Below are positions 1 through 25,400 of a stretch of 64,000 nucleotides of DNA, piece after piece. Location: NCBI GenBank assembly GCA_030141605.1, contig JAQGDQ010000158.1, positions 186,001-250,000 of the forward strand, written 5' to 3'. The notes under the pieces are model-generated. The model searched no databases, had not been told where the DNA came from, and was given only the letters and a program-made list of their open reading frames with translations. Source of the stretch: Tubiluchus corallicola (Eukaryota; Animalia; Priapulida). A program made the position numbers and the translations under genes. Each line of letters begins with the position of its first letter. Position 1 is the stretch's first letter.

Positions 1-13241
<13,241 letters not shown>

Positions 13242-13859
13242 CGTCAATTTCTTTTCTACACAAGCGTAAGTTTACAGAGAATCAAGTTCACGAAAACCGG
13301 GTATTTGACTTCTTTTACCAGTTTTAAAGTAAAGAAATCAAGCAATAATATTGCCGATGGAAAGATTTTTTTAAATTAACATACTACATCTTTGCGATTT
13401 CATAGAGGCCTAGTTAAGAACGGGTTTAAGTGCAATTTTCTGTCGGTGATTATAAAGCCAATTAAATTAGGACAACGATTAAAGGATAAGCTCTGGCTCC
13501 GACCCACTAGTAAGAGTTTTAAGACCTCCCTCTCTGCTGGTATTAACCTTGTCGTGGTGTGGGTTGTTCCCTGAATGTCAAACGTCTATCACTCAAGAGC
13601 GCCCCTCATTTTTCAGTCAATTGATCATAATTGCTAATAGCCCGTGCCCAGACCACGACCTGTGCTTGGCGTATTATCTAACCGCAGCTTCCGCATCATA
13701 TAATACCTTGCAGGGCGTGGCTGATTAAGTGATGTCGACCAGCAGCCAGGCTGGGATTTGATGAATAATAATTTACCTGCCTCTGTTAAATTAAATGTAG
13801 TAGACTCGTATTGATAAATTTCAGTTCTTGCCATGCAATGCTGATGATTACATTCAATG

Positions 13860-14445
<586 letters not shown>

Positions 14446-15519
14446 GTGTAGGATGTCTCCTCTTTACCTCTTTCTAGCTCTCTTACGGACTCATTTTTTG
14501 AGTTTTTTGACCGCTGCTGCTACTTAGCATCTTTCAAGTCAATGATCGCTGAGCTTTCATATTTTCGGCAAACAATTTTAATTGCTTTTTATAGCATATT
14601 ATATTTTCATGATGAGGATTATGCTGTGAATTGGACTACTGACTTACTTTTGGTTTATTGAGCAAAAGGGGACATGCGCAGTTTAGTAATACACAGAAGG
14701 ATATATATATATATATAAGTATTATTTTGTATTTTGTTCGCATTATACAGTTAAGAGTCGTGTATATGAATGGCATTCGGTTATATTCCTAAATTTTTTA
14801 AACTGAATTTAAGCAGTTTTTTGTAAAAACAAACTAATTAAACGACCCATTTAACTTTAACTGATTAACGAAATTCTTAACGCAACAGGAAATTTGAGCT
14901 TCGTTTAGTATCATATGCCACTTATGCCTGTGCGTGGCAGAGGTCAGGTTTTCGGGCGTGATCTAATTTATTTAAGGTGACAGATTGCATTTTTATTTGG
15001 CTAGATCAGTGATCAGCAGGTAGCTAATAATTACTGTTCTAGCCTTTGGCAAAAATAACATGTGGTTTAAATATTGTCAACGTGTATATGGTTTTCTACA
15101 GTGGCATTCATCCTCAGTTACTCACTTACTTAACGTCTGATGCTCACATTCTCATTACACGCTCGTTTTTAAAGGAAAGAACAAGACCCTCAATATGTTG
15201 GGTTTATTTTATTGTTATCATTTAAACTTAGAAAAATACAACAAAGAAATTTTGAATCTACCTATAAATCATAAATTTAAAATATACTACTTCTGAATGG
15301 ATATTTTCAGGTGTGGTAGTTGTTGCCTTTCACTTGAAAATCATTACGTAACTGGGTGACTTTTCGTAAGTGAGTCGTGACTTTTCGTAAGCGCACTGCT
15401 TAAACTAATGCCGCTTAGCTAATGTTCACGCAAAGATATTACAAAATTAACTACCTAATTAATTTGTAAAAACTTATTATAGTTTTGGTGAAGATTGATA
15501 GTGCGCCACGTTTCTTCAG

Positions 15520-15690
15520 GACGTATGACGTCATTGGAGGAAAAATGGGCACTGAAAATTAAAACATGAAGTGATCGGGACTTTAAAGTGATTTTACTAA
15601 TTACACGAGACGCTTATTGCAGTATTATTACTAAAACCTTCTAACATTTTTCGCGAACATTGAAATAAGGCTAATTTCCCACAAGGCTTG
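15520..15690 (-). repeat. Dispersed repeat, inverted partner of 11970-12120
   Basis: CGTATGACGTCATT..GTGATCGGGACTTTAAAGTGATTTTACTAATTACACGAGACGCTTATTGC. Confidence 0.7.
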
Positions 15691-17098
15691 GCCTATCCTT
15701 TAAGGGGAAGAATTAGGAAATTTGGTCACAAGAAATGCGCTGTCTTTTTGTCTTAACAATGTGCAAAAATAAAATTCTCAAGGTAGGGCCAATAAATAAC
15801 TATTGCTGTAATGTGCCATACTTCCATCGATGTTTAGTTACTGTTGCAAGTGTTGACTCTGAACTAAAATGCTCATTTTAATAACAAGAGAACAAAACAA
15901 TGCATTTTTATTACTACACGAATAAAATTATGCTTAATCTATTGAACAAACTCTTTGGTTTTGTGAATACATAACTGACTCATTGAATGCATTGTTTACA
16001 GGCGTTTCACTTGTTTTATACAGAGTCAACTGCAATAGTGTGTCCCACTAAGCTTCTAAGAGGTTGTTTGGTTTTAATAATAAAAACAATACTTTTTTAT
16101 TGTGATGAAAAGTCGCCTAAAAATCCGATACAGGTGTCGCATGTTGGCTTTTCCTCCTTTGATGTGTGCCGCGTCACACTTAAAACGAAGTAGCTAAAAA
16201 TTGGAGAGTTGTAAGGCGAATAACACGGTGTATTCAGTTAATCTGAACGATACATTTTAATTTATTGCTTTGTTCGCTTTATAGATTTAAAGATTTTCAT
16301 GTTTAACTGTAACTGTATTGTTATGTTTTTGTACGTCAGTTTTGAAACCATCAGAGAGCGTGAACTTCTCAACTTTCATCAGTTCCGTCACTAGATACTA
16401 TTCTTTTGTACTATTTCACATTTTTCTATTTCTCACTGCTTAATTATGTTATAGAATTTTAATAATATCTTGCATTTAAAACACCACAATGTAAACAAGA
16501 TAAAAATATTATTTTGAATCATCTGATGTGAATCTATTTTTTATTACGTTACAACTATAAATGCAACAATATGAACAAATAAATCTAACCAAAACACCTT
16601 TACTTATAATCTGTTATAGAAACAAGAACTATAAGATCATGTGACATAATAACAACAACTAATTTTAACAGCAAAACTGGTAAACTGTAAAAACAAATAG
16701 TACACATTTATATAAAAAAAATTGAACATTAGCTAAAATTGCAAAAACTTTGTAAAACTAAGTAGGTCTGTTACAATTGCATGTACACGCTAGAAAAATG
16801 AGGCAATTGTATGTAAAATATAGTAATTATAAATCTAGTAATATTTACAGCAAACGTTCCTAAATTGAAAATGACAGGTCCTTACTTAAAGGTATTCTGA
16901 TATTTCTGAGCAAATGTCGGAAAACAGTTAGAGTCTTTGGCATAGAATCGAACCTACAACCCCACTGATGTACACGTAAATAGATCATTGGTGCGAGCTT
17001 ACAATTCGAAAACAATAAAGGATTGACGAAAGGGGGGCGATTGTTTATGACTGTGTAGGTTCTTAACACAAACTACAGTCTAATGATGGCTATTTTCA

Positions 17099-18668
17099 TT
17101 AATGGCCGTATCCACCAGTACTAACTTCTTTAAACCAACCAGCCCGTAAATTACCATATTTGTCTCTTATTATAATGAATTTTCCTCTGTGCTCTTCTTC
17201 TTCCCCTTCTTCGTATCCATCATCACCATCTGTTTTTATTACAAAGATCTTCGCTCCGTCGCCGTATCCACTAGATCCACCTCCATAACCGCCTCCACTT
17301 TTTCCATATCCCACACTTCCGTATCCACCTCCTCTGCCATGCCCACTATAACCTCCATAACCCCCTCCACCTCCATAACCGCCTCCACCTCCATAACCCC
17401 CGGAGCTTTTTCCACCTCCGACAGTTATAATCTTGTAGCCTCCACCGTTGCCATAACCTGGATCGGCTGCATAGGCTAGAGCCACAATTGCCTGAAAAAA
17501 AGACAAATGTGTTAGGCTAAGGCCCGCACAGACATCTAGGACACTCACACGGAATTTGAAAATCATTGTTTTCCGTGTTTGTCGTTTCCATGTCGTCCGC
17601 ACAGAAAGCGACGTACACGCACGGACCCGCATTTTAATTGTCAAACATATTTTCTGTGGACGTGAAAATTCATTTCTACAAACGCTGTAGAATTTAGATT
17701 CGTCCTCTGTGATGAAATGAGCCTAAATACAGTCACAGAGAATTCACAAGACAGGTGTGAATTGGAATAGTTTTTGAGGTCACTGGTGATGAACAAACAT
17801 TTAGTTTTTGATATTAGTTTTACTTTTTTCAGCGTTTCCGCAAATTTGGGTCTGATTGTGCGATTATCTGTTTAACACATTTTGTCAAGTTTATGATAAA
17901 TATTTAAACACGCTATTGTGTCAGAATTTCTACTCTGTCAATTTGGTTTGTTCTTATTGCAACACATATAGGTCTTTTGCACTTTCTCAACATTGTATTG
18001 CATGATATATTTGCATGTATAGTTACAGTAATACGAAAACCGCGTAATGAGTACGGAAACCACTTTTGCGGACATAAAACGTGCGAGCAGAAAAATCTGT
18101 GTGTGTACGTGTCTGTGTGGACGCAGTGTGAACGCGGCTCAAGTCTTAAGGTACATTCACATTTATTCTAAAGATCACTTGTAATTTATAGTTTGCCACT
18201 AGTAGCGATGAAGTTTGTTTATTGTATGAGTCATTGGAAGGTGTGAATCAATCCGTAACAATGTTCGTAATCGTACATTACTTACTAGACCTAAAGCCCA
18301 AAAATTTTGTGAAATCAAAACTGCAAACTAATTATGCAAATTATTGGAAAAAATGTCAGCAAAGAAACTGGTAAAAATCTTAACGAAATCTGTACATTGT
18401 ATTGAACATTGTATTGTGTTGTTCGTCAATAAACTATAATTATATTACTTAACCCAAGAATTATTCAATTTTCATTAACCATTTTATTAACCTTATTAGA
18501 ATTTATCGTTTACGCTGTTTTCCTGTAATTATATTGACTGTATACTATTTGCACTGCGGCAATGATGTGATTATAAATATTGCCGAAATCTGTAATTTTT
18601 CTACGTAATGTTTGTGAAATTAAATCACTCACCGCTAGTAAAATTAGAAGAATCACTCCCTTCATCAT
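17099..18668 (-). CDS. Secreted glycine/tyrosine-rich (GGY-repeat) protein, 142 aa
   Basis: Coding exon 18633-18668 (MMKGVILLILLA, GTGAGT donor) joins 17099-17491 (AIVALAYAADPGYGNGGG..GGYGH*, TTTTCAG acceptor) in phase 0. This gives a signal peptide with an A-Y-A cleavage motif, GGY repeats and an acidic EEGEEEE patch. A non-coding exon 1 ends at 19410 (AAG|GTAAGT) and can splice to the acceptor at 18684. Confidence 0.85.
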
Positions 18669-19473
18669 GTGTAAATCAAACTTTCTGAAAAAAATAAGGC
18701 AAAAAGCTATTTATGCTGCTAACAAATACGTTGCGTCCATCTTTCGATGCACTCAGTTATAATATATTTCAGAATATTTTTTGCATTTTCAATATCACTT
18801 GTTACCAGAGTTAAAAATACTAAGAGAAGTCTTAGAAAGTTTTATGGAAAGGCATAATTCTATAGAAAACTTTGGAAGGAGTTTACAATTTCCCATGCAA
18901 TATGAATACTCTAGCCCTAATCCTAATCCTAATCCTAATCTTAATCCACTTAACGAACTAATTTCTTGTGCGTGGGGTATTGTACGTTTTAGCTAAAACT
19001 TTTTATAAATGTAAAGAGGTGATTATAGACCACTTTCAAGTTTTACCAGTCTCTGTACTGACCATGTTCTCAATGGCATCAGAACGATATTATACTTGAT
19101 TTGCAAGCGAAGGTTATGTGAAAGTAGGTTCAAAACGAGAAATGTATATCTATAATCGAACAACATAAGAGGGGCCTTTATTGTCACATATAGATAGTAA
19201 TAACGCTCACTACTTCGGAATGTAAAAAATCGAATCAAATTGATACTCCTGAATTAGAACTTCAATTTCAACTTGAATTAAAACTGAATTAAATCTTCGA
19301 TACAATTTAATGTGAATCAAGTCAAATCTTTAATTGTATTGACTTAAATCTTAGATCTAAATCTTAGATACAAAAATAAAGCAGCGTACGTAAACTAGAT
19401 TGCACTTACCTTTATGAGAAAACTGCTGCTTTGCGTGGCAAATTGCGTCTCTGTTTATTTGATAGCCTGCGCC

Positions 19474-19481
19474 TTTATATA
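19474..19481 (-). promoter_or_regulatory. TATA box of the Gly-rich gene
   Basis: TATATAAA(GGCGC) on the minus strand, about 65 bp upstream of the strong exon-1 donor at 19410; implied TSS about 19450. Confidence 0.7.
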
Positions 19482-20033
19482 TGGGTCCTGATGGCCCAAA
19501 TTTTTGACGGCGAGCTCTCACTTTCTTGACTTTGTTTTTAAATGGGCAGGTGACAGACGTGGTTAATTAGTATAGACGACAAAACACGGTTAAAGTAAGT
19601 GATGGTGATAGCATACATGCCTATACTGACCGATATTAACTTAAAAATAAGATTTCGTGTCGAACGCCAGAAGCCGTATTTAACACGAATATTTTCTTCT
19701 ATTCAGCTATAAGGTTTTGGTTGCTAAAACACGATAATTAGGCTCATTGTTAACCCACGACATTTATCTATCGAATACAATAAGTACCACCACTTGTTAC
19801 TTTTCTAAGTTAATGGACGTTTAATTCATCCACGACAAAAACTTCAAAAAAATGTATCAGCAAGTTTTTAGAGAATTGTTGAAATTTACAACTTGAGAGA
19901 TATTTTTGACTGAAATTGAATGGCGCCATTGAAATTTACATAATTTAAATAAAGAATTAAATCATGTCTGTCAGATAACAACAGAGAAACTGAAGGTGGC
20001 AGCACTAGTACAATTATATAAAGTACTATTGAA

Positions 20034-21372
20034 GAAATTTTGGTACCGGGAAAATTTGGTACTAGGAATTTTTGGTACGCGGTAATTTTGGTACTGATAA
20101 ATTTTGACCATAATCTTAGGTACCAAGATTTTTTGGTACTAAGAAAATGTGATAGCAGGATTGTTTACTACTAAGAAATATTGGTACAAGGAAGTTTTGG
20201 TACGAGGAAAATATGGTATGAGGAAAATTTGATACTAAGAAGGTTTGGTACTTGACAACTTGGTATTAAAGGAAAAAGAGAGCATTTTATACTATATCTC
20301 AGTATAAAATTATTGTTTCAACTGCAAAATAAAGAAGTTTATTCAGCAGGGAGGAAATCTGGTACTAAGAAAGTTTGCTTTGTTGAAAATTTCATATAAC
20401 ATTAAACTGTAATCAATAGTGCATGACAGCTTGAATTTTACCCGTGATTATCCCATCCATGTAGGCACAATTAAGAATTCCTTCAGCAAAAATGAAAGGT
20501 CTTCAACTCACCAAGCAAATTTTCCAAAAAGCTCGGTAAATTTTTTAAACATTATCACTTTCTCTGTTTTTTTTACAAAAATTATCAAACTGAGATAAGA
20601 ACATGGCAGTGATGGCTAATGATATCTCAGGACAGAAACGTCCTGCATAAGCACAGTTTGGTTTCCCGAGAGACCCATAGTATGGAGTGAGTACTGTACT
20701 TCTTGATGATGACGATTATGATGATGATAACAAAAGCAGCAAGCAAGAACGAACACACAACAAGAACAACAACATCAGTAGCAACAACAATAGCAACAAC
20801 TGTAGCAGCAACAACAACAATGACATCAACAATAACAGTAATAAAACCACAAAAGTAACTATGGTGACATGGTTACAGCAATAATGATGATAATGGTGAT
20901 CATGATGAAGGTGGTGGTGGTGGCGATGGCGATGGTGGTAATCTTAACGAAAGAGCGAGCAAGAAACAGACAAACAACAACGACAATGTCAAATAACAAA
21001 CAACAGATAAACAAAGAGGAAGCTAACAAAAAAACGAATAAAAACATATGCAACAATATGAAGCTCTATAACTTGTTCGAGTTCGTTATGTAAAACATAA
21101 TTTCATAGTACCAAACTTTACTTGTACATGTACCGTACATTCTCTGTACCGAATTTTCCTTGAACTAAACTTTCTGAGTATTAAACTTTCCTAGTACCAA
21201 ACTTATTTCTTACCATTTTTACATTGTAACAAATTTTTCCTGTACCAAAATTACCGCCTACCAAAAATTCCTAGTACCAAATTTTCCTGGCAGCAAAATT
21301 TCCTCGTACCAAATATTACCTGTACCAAACTTATCTCTACCAAATTTACTAGTACCAAACTTGCCGCGCACC
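20034..21372. mobile_element. Foldback-like element with modular TIRs built of about 18-bp subrepeats
   Basis: Left arm (TTTTGGTAC subrepeats, about 20034-20372) is the reverse complement of the right arm (GTACCAAAA subrepeats, about 21106-21372), e.g. AAAATTTGGTACTAGGAATTTTTGGTACGCGGTAATTTTGGTAC vs GTACCAAAATTACCGCCTACCAAAAATTCCTAGTACCAAATTTT. Right terminus ..GCCGCGCACC. Confidence 0.8.
20700..21060. repeat. Low-complexity GAT/AAC/GGT trinucleotide-rich tract
   Basis: Degenerate (GAT)n, (AAC)n, (GGT)n runs inside the foldback-like element. Confidence 0.85.
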
Positions 21373-21515
21373 CTTTGAGCTATGGGCACTGGGTAGTGGC
21401 GCAGTTTTAACGATACTATTGAATACTACAAATTGTGGTAGTCGGTAGAGACGTATTCCAGTTGAGGCTGTGTAGAGCCAATCTCTGCAGAAGTACAGTA
21501 GCGATAGTGTTTGTT

Positions 21516-22417
21516 GGTGCGCGGTAAAAATGGGACGGTAAAATGGCACAGGAAAAAAAGACACAGGTAAAAATGGCAAAGTAGGAAAAAGGCAAATATG
21601 TTATATTGATACCATTGATTTCTAGAATCCGCTCAGTAGGAAGCAGATCTCTGCCAAAGCCGAACTATCCTAAGTTAACTTGTCTGATTCCTTTGATTAG
21701 AAAAATTGAACACAAAGATAAACAAGCAAGCACACAAAAATGTGCCTGCATTGGTATTACATAGACTAGCAAAAGTCTCACAAAACATTTGTTCTTTAAG
21801 TAGATTTATAATCAATAATGCACAAATGTTCCACATAGTATATATCTATCTTTGTAACCATTATATTGTCGATGGTAATAGAGAGACAAATATACGTATT
21901 CACTTAAATTAAGTTACCTTATAAGGCTATAAAGGTTATAGACAGCGTTACACAGTTTTACAAGTGAGAATTACTCGAAACAGAAATGGAATTAACTCGA
22001 GTACGTTGTTTGTCCAGGTGGAGGTAGCGAAAACAACTAAACACTCCCTCTGAGACCTCCAAGAAGTGTTTCACGAATGTGTTTTTTTTTGTACGTAGTG
22101 TTCGGTTAAGTTTTCCAAAAAAGATTCCCATTTTGGCACTAAATATACCCGCCTTCTCCACAAAGTTTTATGGAAATCTGTTAGGTAGTTATTGCGTAAT
22201 AGTCTTACTGCCATAACAGACAAAAACAGCCAAGTAAACAGACAACAAACTGTGTTGAAGCATAACTTCCTTGGTAGAGGTAAAAATAACTAAAATAATT
22301 ATCCCCCGCCGTAATCCTAACCCTAAACTCTTATTTTACTAACAATGCCATTTTTGCTGTGCCACTTTTACCTATTTTCCCATTTGTGCCATTTTTTCCT
22401 GTGCCATTTTTACCTAC
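21516..22417. mobile_element. Second modular-TIR MITE immediately upstream of the CoA-transferase ATG
   Basis: Left GGTGCGCGGTAAAAATGG..GGTAAAATGGCACAGGAAAAAA pairs with right TTTTTTCCTGTGCCATTTTTACC; a CCTAACCCTAA motif lies near the right arm. Confidence 0.7.
21622..22283. mobile_element. Possible non-autonomous Helentron/HINE-like insert nested in the MITE
   Basis: Subterminal inverted pair CTCTGCCAAAG (21649-21659) / CCTTGGTAGAG (22269-22279). The 3' ..ACAAAC..ATAACTTCCTTGGTAGAGGTAA resembles the ends of widespread animal HINE-type repeats (from recall). Confidence 0.4.
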
Positions 22418-22490
22418 GTTCGTGTTTGTTTCCTCGATTCGTTTCTTGTATTCATCTTAGGTGGCGCTGCAATAATAAATTTTTATAAAC

Positions 22491-25400
22491 ATGGCGACTA
22501 GGTTAGGTAAAATTTTCGTGAATCTCATAAAGTCTGGGAAATGTTCATTTAAAGCGTGTCGTAGAACGTTTTATACATACTCCTCTGAACCTTTTCACCC
22601 TCTTCCTAACAAAGTACCCACATGGAGGACGGCAGAAGAAGCGATAGCTGTGGTTAAGTCACGTAAGTATGCTCTAAATCTTCTGCTACTCCTCATTGCT
22701 ATGAATTTAAGGCCTATTTGTTTAACGTCATTTGTTGTCAAATGCTTGAGTCCATTATGTGGCATGAGGTACTTCTATTTCTTGTCAATATGAGCGTACT
22801 TGCTAAAATCAGTACTGCTCTTTACCAAATCGCTCTGTTGTAACCAATTTTTTTCCTGTTTAAACGAATGGACTAAATTTTTTAGTGATCCATATTTACC
22901 TGGTATTGATATATTGTGCTTAGACTTTAGAAAGCGTTTGACTCAGTGCTTCTAAGTGTTTCAGTTAAGTGTTTCCACTTAAAATTACTCAGTGACATTG
23001 AAAATTGACAGGCGATGCAACCACATGAGTTAAAAGGCTAAACAAATGAAATATTGTTTACATTAATTTGTACTTGTAGTTCCGAATCCGGTATAATTAT
23101 ACAGATCCAGATCCGATTCGGAACTGGCAAAAATGGATCCGATGCATTCATATCATTAAGTGAATAAAAGGTGTCAACAGGTCAGCGTCGTTAAAACAAA
23201 GCATCGCCAAATGAGAATCGTTAAGCGAGGACGTACTGTATTGATAGGGCCTATTCTCACAGTTCCTTTGCATTCCTTCCGGACAAATTATAATTTGGAC
23301 GCATGATTACTTGTTGAACCATTTATGTTTATGTTTGCTGTATAAAGTGAAAATTTGATGAAAAAATATTAACTAAAATAGCTAACTAGTGCTTTTAGTT
23401 AAAATTCAGATGTAATACCAGATCCGCTGTCATTCAGACTGCTGTATAGAAAATTCAGTTTGACGGAAGGAGTGGCTGACAAAATACCTTTCATACATTT
23501 GCCACATTTTGCTTACATCTTGTAATTAGATTTAATTTAATTTTATTTTATTTTATCATACATACATGTACACACACTAAGTTTCTGCTTAATGATTCCC
23601 CGTATAGTGACAATTTGGCTTGTCTTTTAGTGATAATCAATTCATTTTGTCTTAGTGATAACGAATTACAAACTTATGATATGTTTTCTCTTCTAACAAC
23701 TAACTAATGCTTCAACAGAATTCAGTGATACTAGAAATCCAATATTTTGGGTATTAATACTTTAAGACAGCTCATCTTGCACAGACAGAGACGGAGATAA
23801 TGTTCTGTGAAATTCAACAAAGCTCTCCTTTTATTAACTTCAAACAAATTATACTACTATGGTGCAAAACTGAGAACCAAAACCAATAGACCTGTTGAAG
23901 TTCAGAATTTCTCACAGTAGAGTAACATGCAACAATTTTTACCTTTTGATAAACAATGGATGCATCAATGTAAGCAGTAAAACGCTTAAAAAATAGATTT
24001 GCATGAGCTAAGCATTATAGATTTTGCCCCCCTCGTATTTTTCAAGAACGTATTATCGTCTTTAAGTGGGAATTTCCTGCATACTAATGCATTAGCTATA
24101 TCGAGGTGCCTTAATTTGGAAAGAAAATGATGCATAACTACAAAAATAAACCAAGCAATTGCTAAACAAATACTCAGGTTACAGTACTGTAATAATATTT
24201 AGAAAATGAAGCAAAACCAAAAAAAGTGACTATGCAGTCACTACAGGTGTACATAGAAAAGAAAATGAAAATACACATCATTATGGACCGATTATTTATT
24301 TTTTTATTTTGTAATCTTCAAAGTACAATACACGAGTGAAAAGAGAGTTAAAACGTGAAATAAAATATTAAAGGATTACTACAAAAACTGCAAACTAAAA
24401 CAAAGTGATAATAATAATATAAGTAGAAGATTCCCGTAAAAACACAAAGAACTAAAATAGCTACTTACAAGTGTCTGTTAAAAAGTAAAAATTTGCTAAA
24501 ATCAACATGGCATAGGCCGTTTCTTAAATAATTTTCAGTTGCCAGCATTTACAGTTAGAGCATCATTCACATATGGTGGTAGTTTATGCCACAAACTTAC
24601 AACTCTGTTGCTGCAGAAATGTTTAAAGCAATTAAGCAAGATTATGTTGAATATCCCAATAGCATTTCTATTTACATGTGGAGAAGGGGCTTGTTTCTAA
24701 AAACCACAACTAAATCAATCCCTAATTAACCTCTCTAGTCATTCCGAACCATCCTGAAGAGCTTTGATAAAATCATAATTTGCAAGACTTTTGCATTGCA
24801 TATTTCAAGATGAACACAATTCAAAACTCTGGCAAATGTGCCTAAGCATAATTACTTAGCATATCTGATAAGTCCCACAATTGTGCAAGTAAAGTTTTGA
24901 ACATTTATAGAATCTAGAGTCTAGTGTGAACAAAAACACAATTTCGTGTTTATAAGTGTTTAAATTAAAGATATGTGGGAATGTGAGTCCCTAGAATTAG
25001 AGTCAGAGTGGACTTCAATCACTAGTGTTCACGGTTTAGTTAGTGCACAAGGTTTTAGCAAGTTATAATTTTGTACGATGTCACCACCAAGGATTGTTCG
25101 CCACTGTTCTTTCATTGAAATTTTTCCTCAGTTTTATTGCATGCTTCAAAGTTTTTTCCCTGACATATCTTTATGAAACATAAGTGAAGTGTGATATATA
25201 TAGCTGATGGTGCTTTAAAATTAAAGAACTGGAGCTACAAAGAGCTATTTGCAGTTAAATAAAAGTATACGTGTTGTTTTAGCTAATCTAGTAAGACTGT
25301 ATTTGCAGAACTGACAAGATAAATGTGGAGGCTTTGTCTGGAGTTGTATAATGATATTTACACTTGGCATAAATTTCTTTTAATTCTTAGATCTACATTT

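Noticed and set aside
17492-17644. N-terminal part of the 181-aa ORF track entry
   Set aside because: Intronic read-through upstream of the acceptor at 17491; the real N-terminus is exon 18633-18668.
20687-21093. Asn/Asp/Met-rich ORFs
   Set aside because: Low-complexity trinucleotide filler inside a foldback-like element, with no splice or homology support.
22455-22472. CTCF-like AGGTGGCGC motif before the CoA-transferase ATG
   Set aside because: Only a partial match to the motif; cannot be supported from sequence alone.
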